This document shows positions 1 to 7,992 of a DNA stretch of 64,000 nt, piece after piece (the first letter of the stretch is position 1; each line of letters starts with the position of its first letter). The notes beneath the pieces are model-generated. The model saw nothing but the letters and a program-made list of their open reading frames with translations, was not told the origin of the DNA and did no database searches. Source of the DNA: an uncultured Armatimonadia bacterium (lineage in GTDB: Bacteria > Armatimonadota > Zipacnadia > CAVVLO01). The DNA is taken from assembly GCA_963749155.1 (NCBI GenBank), contig CAVVLO010000002.1, forward strand, positions 1,056,001-1,120,000. The letters run 5' to 3'. Position numbers and translations under genes: made by a program.

Positions 1-304
1 TGGAGGCGAACAGGATTTTGGTACCTACCCCCTGCTTGAGCCAGGCGGGGTTTTTATCCACCGGGTCTGCCGCACGGGTAAGGTTATATTCGATTTGTTG
101 AACGGCACGAGTGCTCACCTCTGCGGTGATTGCTGCAGAATCGAACACTTCGTGAGGGCCTGACAACGTAGCTGCCATTATGGCAGCCGGGTCGGGAGCC
201 CCTTGCTCGGTAAACTGTGCGGTAACAGCAGGTACCGCAAGCACTACCGCGGCTAGAAGAACGCCAATTAATAGAGCGGACGAAAGCTTGATGCGGCTAG
301 TCAA
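1..304 (-). CDS. Secreted PD40/TolB-like beta-propeller protein, N-terminal part (runs off the window edge)
   Basis: Not in the ORF track. Manual translation from TTG at 304 (GGGAGTGG upstream) gives MTSRIKLSSALLIGVLLAAVVLAVPAVTAQ (signal peptide) then NLTRAADPVDKNPAWLKQGVGTKILFAS, which resembles a PD40 repeat. The frame is open to position 1. Confidence 0.6.
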   Translation of the reverse strand, partial: MTSRIKLSSALLIGVLLAAVVLAVPAVTAQFTEQGAPDPAAIMAATLSGPHEVFDSAAITAEVSTRAVQQIEYNLTRAADPVDKNPAWLKQGVGTKILFAS

Positions 305-468
305 GTGACACCACTCCCACCATAGCGGCTCGTCCAAGCCCATAAAGGCTTGGGGGCAGCGCCGCTGCGAGCTGATCATTCAGCATACGGATCGCGTCCG
401 CACGGGCAGAGCCTGGCTTTCGATAACCTTTGTGAGACGCCCGGATAAAGCTTGTTACTTGCGCTTGG

Positions 469-498
469 AGTATATCACAGCGCCCGAAACACTGTAAA
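469..498 (-). promoter_or_regulatory. Putative sigma70 promoter for the PD40-like gene
   Basis: Minus strand reads TTTACA-18 nt-TATACT, with TG at the extended -10 position. Confidence 0.45.
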
Positions 499-532
499 CC
501 GGAACGCCTTGTGCTACGCGCCCTTACGCTAT

Positions 533-1135
533 TCAACAACGCTCCTGCACGTCCTGCCAGATTTCTAAAATTTCCTTGCGAACCTCAGGAAGAGGCTTGT
601 CAGTATTAATCAGATAATCTGCCCCGTCCCTTGCCCACTCCAGATGTGCCTGGGCCTCAAGGCGTTCCTCGGCCTGCTCTGCCGTCAGGTGGAAACGCTC
701 TTCAGCCCTGTCACACTGGGTTTTGCGCGAGCATTCAGTCCAGATGAGGACGTCCAGCTCCTCGAGCAACTCGAGTCGCGGCAGTATTGCCGCCTCAAGC
801 ACAATGATACCCTCTTCCGGCGAAAGCTGTGCGCTCTCTTCGAGGATTCTTTTTCGAAGAATTGTCTCAAGAGCCGGATCGGTGATGGAATTCAGGCGTT
901 GCATGCCTTCGCTAGAAGAAAAAATAAGATTGGCAAGCGCGGCTCTGTCGAGGCTGCCATCAGCTAGAGCAACCTCGGGGAAGGCCGCAAGCACCTCGGC
1001 AAGCACTGGCGAGTCCGGCTGCATCAACTTGCGCGCTTCCTCATCGGCCAGGATGATACGGGCGCCCAACTCCTCGAAGATACGCGCCACAGTACTCTTG
1101 CCGGTCGAGATGCCGCCTGCGATGCCAATAAGCAT
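533..1135 (-). CDS. coaE: Dephospho-CoA kinase
   Basis: MLIGIAGGISTGKSTV (Walker A), ADEEAR, LDRAALA..IF, about 200 aa. Start taken at ATG 1135. Confidence 0.93.
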   Translation of the reverse strand: MLIGIAGGISTGKSTVARIFEELGARIILADEEARKLMQPDSPVLAEVLAAFPEVALADGSLDRAALANLIFSSSEGMQRLNSITDPALETILRKRILEESAQLSPEEGIIVLEAAILPRLELLEELDVLIWTECSRKTQCDRAEERFHLTAEQAEERLEAQAHLEWARDGADYLINTDKPLPEVRKEILEIWQDVQERC

Positions 1136-1220
1136 TATTGCTCCAAAGATAAAAAGTGCTTCCTGGACAGACAGGAGAGTCGGGCAGAGCAGAATCCTGC
1201 CCGGCTCTCCCAATAACTCT

Positions 1221-2747
1221 TTACGCTTCGGGCTTCTCTTCGGTTGGGGTTTCTTCTTCGGCAGGCGCCTCTTCGAGGGCCTCGACAGGAGCCTCCGCTA
1301 CGGTCTCGTCAACTACAGTCTCCTCAACGGGAGCCTCTTCCACTACGGTTTCATCCACTACAGCTTCTTCTACTACAGCTTCTTCTACTGGAGCTTCCTC
1401 TACTGGAGCTTCCTCTACTGGAGCTTCCTCTTCGACAGCCGGCTTGGCCTTGGATTTGGCCTTGCTGGGCTTCGGCTCCTCTACGGGAGCTTCGGCTGCC
1501 GGGACTTCCGGTTGAGAGGCAGCTTCCTCTGGAGTGAGCATCGAACCGAACACATCGCCCAGAGTGACCGCGCCGGTGTCCTGACTCTTGATGAAGGTGC
1601 GGACTTCCTGGCGCTCTTGCTGCTCGGCGGCGCGCGAAAGGCTGACGGTCATCCGGCGGGCGTTAGCGCGCAGGTTCAGCACCAGCACGTCTACTTCCTG
1701 ACCAGCCTGGACAACTTCCTCGCACTTGTTGATGCGCTTCTCGGACAACTCGCCAATCGGCATAAAAGCCTCAACGCCCTCGGGCAACTTCACGAAGCAG
1801 CCGGAAGCCACACAGCGGGTGATAACGCCATGCACGAGCTGACGCTCGCGATACTTGCGACCGACTTCCTTCCAGGGATCGGGAAGGATCTGCTTGAGCC
1901 CAAGCGAGATACGCTCGCGGTCCGTGTCAACTTCGAGCACCATAACTTTGATAGTGTCGCCGACCTTGACAACCTCGGCTGGGTCATCAATCCGGGTCCA
2001 GGACATATCGGAGACATGCAGCAAGCCGCTGACGCCACCGAAGTCCACAAAAGCGCCATAAGGAGTCAGACTGCGCACCTTGCCCTCGACGGTCTCGCCT
2101 GGCTGAAGCTTCTCCCAGGTCTGCTTGCGCGACTTGGCGCGCTCTTCATCCGCCACAGCTTTGTGGCTGAGGATGACCTTCTGCCGACGGCGGTCGACTT
2201 CAAGCACGCGCAGGCGAAGCTCATGCCCTACGAAGCGGTCGAACTGTCCGGGCTTCGAGGAGATCTGAGAGCCAGGCACGAAACCATTTACTCCCAGGTC
2301 GACCCGAAGGCCGCCCTTGACGCGCTCGATAACCATTGCTTCAATAATTTCGCCACTATTTTTTGCTTCGATAATTTTGTCCCATAGCTTCTCAAAGTCG
2401 GCGCGCTTCTTGGAGAGCTTGATAACGCCCTCATCGTCCGCCTTCGAGGCTACGAAAACGTCTACTTCCTGGCCAGGTTGCAGCTCTTCGTCGAGCTCGT
2501 CGCGAGGGATTAGCCCTTCGGTCTTGGTGCCGATATCCACCAGGACGCCGCCGTCATCACTTACGCCGGCAACGATCCCCCGGATGATGTCGCCCCTTCG
2601 GGGGCCTTCCAGCGCAGCGTCGAAGCCTTCGCCACTAGCCATAGCCGCGGCAAATTCATCGACATCGCTTGCAGCCTCTTCGGGCTGCTGCTCGAGACTT
2701 TCGGGTGCTTCTTCGGGTGTTAGCTCTTTCTCAAAATCATCTGACAT
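1221..2747 (-). CDS. rpsA: 30S ribosomal protein S1 (four S1 domains) with an acidic repetitive C-terminal tail
   Basis: S1 motifs LVDIGTKTEGLIP, KGGLRVDLGVNGFVPGSQ, YGAFVDFGGVSGLLHVSDMSW and CFVKLPEGVEAFMPIGELS; TLGDVFG near the end. Confidence 0.93.
   Translation of the reverse strand: MSDDFEKELTPEEAPESLEQQPEEAASDVDEFAAAMASGEGFDAALEGPRRGDIIRGIVAGVSDDGGVLVDIGTKTEGLIPRDELDEELQPGQEVDVFVASKADDEGVIKLSKKRADFEKLWDKIIEAKNSGEIIEAMVIERVKGGLRVDLGVNGFVPGSQISSKPGQFDRFVGHELRLRVLEVDRRRQKVILSHKAVADEERAKSRKQTWEKLQPGETVEGKVRSLTPYGAFVDFGGVSGLLHVSDMSWTRIDDPAEVVKVGDTIKVMVLEVDTDRERISLGLKQILPDPWKEVGRKYRERQLVHGVITRCVASGCFVKLPEGVEAFMPIGELSEKRINKCEEVVQAGQEVDVLVLNLRANARRMTVSLSRAAEQQERQEVRTFIKSQDTGAVTLGDVFGSMLTPEEAASQPEVPAAEAPVEEPKPSKAKSKAKPAVEEEAPVEEAPVEEAPVEEAVVEEAVVDETVVEEAPVEETVVDETVAEAPVEALEEAPAEEETPTEEKPEA
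1300..1435 (-). repeat. Degenerate 15-bp tandem repeat in the 3' end of rpsA (EEAPV/EEAVV/DETVV, about 9 units)
   Basis: Near-identical units such as CTCTACTGGAGCTTC occur in tandem at about 1383-1430, with degenerate copies on either side. Confidence 0.85.
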
Positions 2748-2876
2748 TTCGCTAGACCTCTCTCGTTAGGTAGTTTGGTTGGTTTCCGCCTAAAGGCGGT
2801 TGGACGACCAGACGGTAAGTTGCCTCTCCAACGTTACAAGTTTCAAAGTTTGCGATCTGGAGGTGAGACGTCCTGA

Positions 2877-5549
2877 CTAGTCGATTGGTACTTGATCGGC
2901 CCAGTTGGGTCCGACCTTTAGACTTACCGTGAGCGGCACGACCAGCGGCACTACATCCTCCATAGCTGACTTGAGCAGCGCCGCCGTCTCGCTTGCATGC
3001 TGCCTGGGCACTTCGAGCACTAGCTCGTCGTGTACCTGTAGCAGTAATTTTGCTGGACTGTTATCACCTCCCATTCTGGCAGCGACACGAATCATCGCAA
3101 ATTTCATAATATCGGCAGCGGTACCCTGCACAGGCATATTTATCGCCCTGCGCTCGGCTGCGCGCCTTACCTGTTGATTGGCGCTTGCCAGTTCGGGCAT
3201 AAACCTGATGCGCCCAAACAACGTGGCTACCTTGCCACTCGCCCTGGCTTCTTCGATTGTGCGCGCGATATATTCGCCCACCCTCGGAAGCCGGGCCATA
3301 TATTGTGCAATATATGCCTGGGCTTCATCAACAGGGATCCGAAGTCTCGAAGCATATCCATATTCGGTCATCCCATAAACCAGACCGAAGTTTATCATCT
3401 TGGCCTTGTCGCGCTGTTCGGATGTTACCGCATCTTGCGGCACTCCAAACACCTCGGCGGCAGTATGGCGATGGATGTCTTCCCCTTTCTGGAAGGCCTC
3501 AATGAGGCGTGGCTCTTCTGACAGATGCGCCAGCACCCGAAGTTCTATCTGAGAATAATCTCCCGAAAGCAGCACCCAGTCCGGTTTGCCTGGCACAAAG
3601 CACCTGCGTATCTCGGTGCCCCAACCGACTCCCTGGGGGATGTTCTGCAGATTGGGTTCGGTGCTTGATAACCGCCCAGTTGCCGCAATCGTCTGGTTGA
3701 GGGTCGTGTGGATGCGCCCATCGCTCGAGTGCTCTGCAAGCGCAAGCAAGGCATCGGCATATGTCGACTTGAGCTTGCTCCAGTTGCGCCAGTCGAGTAG
3801 CAAAGGGATTATCGGGTGGGCATCCAGCAGACGCTCCAACTCGGCCGCGTCCGTAGAGAAGCCAGTTTTGGTGCGACGCGTCTTCGGCAGACCCAGTTTT
3901 TCGAAGAGCACTTCCTGGAGCTGCTTGGGCGAACCGAGATTGAAGGTTTCACCCACCAGTTCATAGGCCTGTTGCTCAACCTGAGCTAGAAGGGCAGCCA
4001 GTTCCTGGCCGATCCGGGCAAGCTCCTGCTTGTCGACAGCGAACCCAAGGCGCTCCATCTTATATAGAATAGGCACAAGAGGTAGTTCGAGCTCACGCAT
4101 AACTGGTTCAAGGCCCAGCTCGACTAACGCATTTTTCAAACGCGGAGCCAATCTGGCAAGCGCCCAGGCGGCTTTGATAGCAGTGACTTCGGCAGGCGCA
4201 AGAGGTTTACCCAGGCTCTCGCGGAGCTGCTTTGTTTCTTCCTCGGTGGCCTCGAGCTTCAGCCCAAGCTGGGCGTTTGCCAGGACTTCAAGGGTCTGAG
4301 GCGCCTGGTCGGGATTGAGGAGATAGGCCGCAAGGCGAGTATCGAAAAGGTCACCGAGGGAGACATCCAGCGGCGCCTCGACCTGGGTTAGCAAGTGCTT
4401 GGAGTCAAAGACAACCAGCTCGAGGGGGCTTGCCAGTAGAGAAGTCAGCAGCTCCCAGCCGGCAGAATATTCTGGTTTAGCTTCGGCGAAGAGCCCTTCC
4501 AGTGGCGCCTCGTTGCTAGCTTCTTCCGAACCGACCAGCCAGACTTCCTCTTCCTCCCAGGCCAGGGCGAAACGAGTACCTGAAGGCAAAGTGGCTAGCG
4601 CGACCGGGCCCTCGGAAGGCAGGGGCACCTCAGCCAGCGTGCTGGCGAGTTTTACAGCGGGCAAGGCAGGTTCTCCCGCCGCCCCGAAAAGTTGCTCGAA
4701 GCGCTCTGCAAGCTGACGGAAATCCAGCTCGAAGAGCTTCATCCTGAGGGCTGGCAAGTCGGGCGCGCCCCGCTCGAGTTCGGTGAGGTCAAATTCTAAG
4801 GCGAAGTCAGGCACCAGAGTAGCCAGATGCTTGTCGCGGTGGATGCCTTCGGCCCCTTCACGAAGTTTTTCGCGCAGTTTGGGAGGATTAACTTCCTCAA
4901 TCCTGGCGAGCAATTCTTCCACCGAGCCAAAGTCCTGGATGAGCTTGGTTGCAGTTTTCGGCCCGATACCCGCAACGCCTTTGATGTTGTCGCTGGCATC
5001 GCCACTGAGTGCTTTGTAATCGGGCACGAGCCTGGGATCGAAGCCTTCTTCTTTGCGGAAACGTGCCTCGTCCCAGTCTTCGATGTCAGTGGCGCCTTTA
5101 TGAGGTACCAGCAGATGGATGTTATCGGTGACTAACTGAAAAAGATCTCGGTCAGCGCTGGCGAGGAAAACTTTATCGCCCCTGGCTTCGAGTTGCTGAG
5201 CCAGGGCAGCCAGGACATCGTCCGCCTCAAAGCCTGGCACCCCTATCACAGGGATGCCAAGCGCCTCGAGCACTTCATACGTCAAGGGCACCTGAGGGAG
5301 AAAATCCTCGGGAGTCTCGCTCCGATTGGCTTTGTAATCTTCATAGGCCTCGTGCCGGAAGGTCTTGCCAGCCACATCGACAACGACACCCAATAGATCA
5401 GGTTGCTGGTCGGTGATAAGCCGCAGCAACATATTGAGGAAGCCCTGGACAGCGCCTGTCGGCCTGCCTTGCGAGTCGGTAAGCGCCGGCATCGCATAGT
5501 AAGCACGAAAGAGAAAGCTATATCCATCTATAAGGATTGCCTTGGCCAT
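2877..5549 (-). CDS. polA: DNA polymerase I
   Basis: 5'-3' exonuclease motifs (LIDGYS..FRAYYA, YKANR, EADD, GDASDNIKGV) and polymerase motifs TGRLSSTEPNLQNIP, DYSQIELR, KMINFGLVYG, QGTAADI, LQVHDEL. Confidence 0.98.
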   Translation of the reverse strand: MAKAILIDGYSFLFRAYYAMPALTDSQGRPTGAVQGFLNMLLRLITDQQPDLLGVVVDVAGKTFRHEAYEDYKANRSETPEDFLPQVPLTYEVLEALGIPVIGVPGFEADDVLAALAQQLEARGDKVFLASADRDLFQLVTDNIHLLVPHKGATDIEDWDEARFRKEEGFDPRLVPDYKALSGDASDNIKGVAGIGPKTATKLIQDFGSVEELLARIEEVNPPKLREKLREGAEGIHRDKHLATLVPDFALEFDLTELERGAPDLPALRMKLFELDFRQLAERFEQLFGAAGEPALPAVKLASTLAEVPLPSEGPVALATLPSGTRFALAWEEEEVWLVGSEEASNEAPLEGLFAEAKPEYSAGWELLTSLLASPLELVVFDSKHLLTQVEAPLDVSLGDLFDTRLAAYLLNPDQAPQTLEVLANAQLGLKLEATEEETKQLRESLGKPLAPAEVTAIKAAWALARLAPRLKNALVELGLEPVMRELELPLVPILYKMERLGFAVDKQELARIGQELAALLAQVEQQAYELVGETFNLGSPKQLQEVLFEKLGLPKTRRTKTGFSTDAAELERLLDAHPIIPLLLDWRNWSKLKSTYADALLALAEHSSDGRIHTTLNQTIAATGRLSSTEPNLQNIPQGVGWGTEIRRCFVPGKPDWVLLSGDYSQIELRVLAHLSEEPRLIEAFQKGEDIHRHTAAEVFGVPQDAVTSEQRDKAKMINFGLVYGMTEYGYASRLRIPVDEAQAYIAQYMARLPRVGEYIARTIEEARASGKVATLFGRIRFMPELASANQQVRRAAERRAINMPVQGTAADIMKFAMIRVAARMGGDNSPAKLLLQVHDELVLEVPRQHASETAALLKSAMEDVVPLVVPLTVSLKVGPNWADQVPID

Positions 5550-5557
5550 TAATCCGA

Positions 5558-6595
5558 CTAACGCCGGAGCCTCGCCTCCGCATCGCTTTCCATTATGGCT
5601 TGCAGCGCGCCCCGAGTACTCGATTCGGCGAACATCTCGATGAACCGCTCAAAAGGCATCTGAGGGCGCATCCGGTCAATTATTACTTTTTCGAAGCCGC
5701 CAAGCTCTTTGCACGCGTCATAGGCGTCGCGGTAGTTGCCCAGCTTGTCAATAAGCCCAACTTTCAGGGCCTGCTCGCCCGAATAGACTCGTCCATCGGC
5801 CAGCTTGCGCACTTTATCAAGGGGCATCTTGCGTGAATCGGAGACAACCTTCACGAACTGTTCATAAAGCTGCATGATTTCAATCTTGGCCAGCGTGCGC
5901 TCCTCATCGGTCATCGGTCGCGCGTAGTTGCCAAAATCCTTGAACTTGCCACTCTTTATCGTGTTGAACTCTACTCCGACCTTGTCGAGGAGTTCGGCGG
6001 CACTGAAGGTTTCCATAATTACGCCAATGCTGCCTGTTGCCGTGCCCGGATTGGCGATGATGATGTCGGCAGGGCAAGCGACGTAATAACCACCCGAAGC
6101 TGCCGCATCTCCCATTGAGGCTACGATTTTTTTACCGGCTTTTTTGGCCTTGAGCAATTCGGCATAGATTTCTTGAGCCGAGGCGATTGTGCCCCCAGGG
6201 GTATCGAGCCGCAGCAAGATTACCTTGATATCGGAATCCTGGGTAATCTCATGGATATACTGGACAACCGATTCGGCTGAGGTGCCCCCCATCGAGCCAC
6301 AAGACATAAAACCTGTTATCTCGATGAGGGCTGTATTGGCCCCGGTGTTGTAGGAAGTCTGCCCGGGCAGGTTGGTCATACTCGTGCTGAAAGCAGAACC
6401 CAACGCATAGAAGAAATAGAAAACAGCGCCTCCAACCAGCAATATCCCAAGTACGACGGCAATGCCAACGCCGATGAAAAATTTGCGCCTGGCCTGTTCG
6501 GCGCGGGCGCGTTCGCCTTCAGGATTTGGCTGATGAGGTGGAGTTACTCCCACACTGTAATTCTGGGGCGGGTTGGGCTGGTTTTGATCATCCAT
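5558..6595 (-). CDS. sppA: Signal peptide peptidase SppA (S49 family, short type)
   Basis: One N-terminal TM helix; LDTPGG, AASGGYY, TGSIGV, KSGKFKD, DGRVYSGEQA..GLID. Start taken at ATG 6595 after GGAGG. Confidence 0.93.
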   Translation of the reverse strand: MDDQNQPNPPQNYSVGVTPPHQPNPEGERARAEQARRKFFIGVGIAVVLGILLVGGAVFYFFYALGSAFSTSMTNLPGQTSYNTGANTALIEITGFMSCGSMGGTSAESVVQYIHEITQDSDIKVILLRLDTPGGTIASAQEIYAELLKAKKAGKKIVASMGDAAASGGYYVACPADIIIANPGTATGSIGVIMETFSAAELLDKVGVEFNTIKSGKFKDFGNYARPMTDEERTLAKIEIMQLYEQFVKVVSDSRKMPLDKVRKLADGRVYSGEQALKVGLIDKLGNYRDAYDACKELGGFEKVIIDRMRPQMPFERFIEMFAESSTRGALQAIMESDAEARLRR

Positions 6596-6675
6596 AAGGG
6601 CCTCTCCCTCCTGTTTCGTATTGGCTATTATACTGACCCTTGGCCCAAGGCGAAAGGCAATCTGGCAAGGGATGT

Positions 6676-6704
6676 TTGACAGTGCTCTGGGACGCCCATA
6701 TAAT
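6676..6704 (+). promoter_or_regulatory. Consensus sigma70 promoter for tRNA-Leu (probably also the UroD-family gene)
   Basis: Perfect TTGACA-17 nt-TATAAT ending 16 nt upstream of the tRNA. Confidence 0.85.
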
Positions 6705-6720
6705 CGCCTTCCAGACACTT

Positions 6721-6808
6721 GCCGGAGTGGCGGAATTGGCAGACGCGCTTGACTCAAAATCAAGTGGGCCCAGCGCTCGTGAGGGTTCGAGTCCCTCCTC
6801 CGGCACCA
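6721..6808 (+). tRNA. tRNA-Leu(CAA)
   Basis: Acceptor stem GCCGGAG/CTCCGGC, D-loop GGCGGAATTGGCAGAC, anticodon arm CTTGA-CTCAAAA-TCAAG, long variable arm, GGTTCGAGTCC T-arm, encoded CCA. Confidence 0.97.
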
Positions 6809-6839
6809 ACCCCTCTTTTCAGCCTTAGGAGGAACTGTT

Positions 6840-7928
6840 ATGACCTCGCCCTTCCAGGTAGATGTCTCTCCCGATTGGCAGAGTCTTGTCGACTGCATTA
6901 TGCGTCGTGGTACACCCCAGCGCGCGCACCATATCGAGTTGTTTCTGGATTATGAGGTTCAGCTTGACCTGGGAGAGCGCTTTGGGGTCTGGGAAGCCCT
7001 CGACAAAAGCGATCCCAATTACCACCTGGCGGCTGCGGCCGAGTTGCAAAAATTCCTGGGCTACGATTATGTACGGATGGGCGCCGAGGGCATCGACTTC
7101 CCCTTGTACTACGACACCACCGAAGACACCGCCGAACTCGGCAGGCAGCAGGGGCGCAGCTATGTGAACCTGCATAAAGGCCCGATTGCAAGCTGGGAAG
7201 ATTTTGAGAAGTACCCCTGGCCAAAGGCCGAAAACATTACCACTCGCGCCCTTGAATATTATGACAACCACCTGCCCGAGGGGATGTGCATAATCGGCAG
7301 TGGTGGGTTCGCCCACTTTGCCGAGTTGCTCTCCTGGTTGATGGGCTACGAAACGCTGTGTCTTGCCTTATTCGACCAGCGCGACCTGGTTGAAGCCATC
7401 GCCAATAATCTGGTCGATATCTATCGCGCCGGCCTGAAACAGATCCTGCAACATCCCTGTGTGGAAATTGTTTGGGGCAGCGATGATATGGGCTTCCGCA
7501 GCCAGACTCTTATCAGCCCCGCCGACCTGCGCGAATACGTCTTCCCTGGCCACAAGTTGATGGCCGAGATGGCTCACCAGGCCGGTAAGCCTTATCTGCT
7601 GCATTCCTGCGGCAACCTGCACGAAGTAATGGAAGACCTTATAGTGGACGTAAAGATAGATGCCAAGCATAGCTTCGAAGACACAATCGAGGATGTGTGC
7701 GAACTCAAAGGCACCTGGGGCCAGCGCATCGCCTTGCTCGGGGGCATAGACGTCGACTTTATGTGTCGCGCAACGCCCGACCAGATACGCGAGCGGGTTC
7801 GCAAGACGCTCGAAGTGTGCATGCCAGGCGGCGGCTATTGCCTGGGCAGCGGCAACAGCGTAGCCAACTACATCCCCGTCGAGAATTACCTTGCGATGAT
7901 GGACGAAGGCCGGAGCTGGGGCAGGTAG
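6840..7928 (+). CDS. Uroporphyrinogen decarboxylase (URO-D/MtaA-like) family protein
   Basis: LMGYETLCLAL, SDDMG..Q.LISP, LHSCG, ALLGGIDVD, PGGGYCLGSGN; strong AGGAGG RBS. Confidence 0.85.
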   Translation: MTSPFQVDVSPDWQSLVDCIMRRGTPQRAHHIELFLDYEVQLDLGERFGVWEALDKSDPNYHLAAAAELQKFLGYDYVRMGAEGIDFPLYYDTTEDTAELGRQQGRSYVNLHKGPIASWEDFEKYPWPKAENITTRALEYYDNHLPEGMCIIGSGGFAHFAELLSWLMGYETLCLALFDQRDLVEAIANNLVDIYRAGLKQILQHPCVEIVWGSDDMGFRSQTLISPADLREYVFPGHKLMAEMAHQAGKPYLLHSCGNLHEVMEDLIVDVKIDAKHSFEDTIEDVCELKGTWGQRIALLGGIDVDFMCRATPDQIRERVRKTLEVCMPGGGYCLGSGNSVANYIPVENYLAMMDEGRSWGR

Positions 7929-7952
7929 GACAATCAGCAGTCTCGGAAGTAG

Positions 7953-7986
7953 AGGGACGTCGCTCTGGGCGGCGTCCCTTTACTTT
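7953..7986. terminator. Hairpin terminator between convergent genes
   Basis: AGGGACGTCGC-tctgg-GCGGCGTCCCT followed by TTACTTT. Confidence 0.7.
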
Positions 7987-7992
7987 GGAAGC

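Noticed and set aside
297..539. 80-aa minus-strand ORF between coaE and the edge gene
   Set aside because: It has no motif and spans a promoter-like sequence and hairpins; the region is more likely non-coding leader.
1300..1435. Short direct repeats as a possible CRISPR array
   Set aside because: The 15-bp units are contiguous with no unique spacers, lie in frame inside rpsA, and no cas genes are present.
723..2387. 554-aa plus-strand ORF and other long antisense ORFs (e.g. 9670-10707, 33493-34605, 40845-41942, 46151-47233, 49501-50490, 53147-54229)
   Set aside because: They are shadow frames opposite well-supported genes in GC-rich DNA, with no recognisable motifs or RBS.
5558..6898. ORF-track N-terminal extension of sppA to 6898
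   Set aside because: It would run antisense across tRNA-Leu and its promoter. ATG 6595 has a proper RBS.
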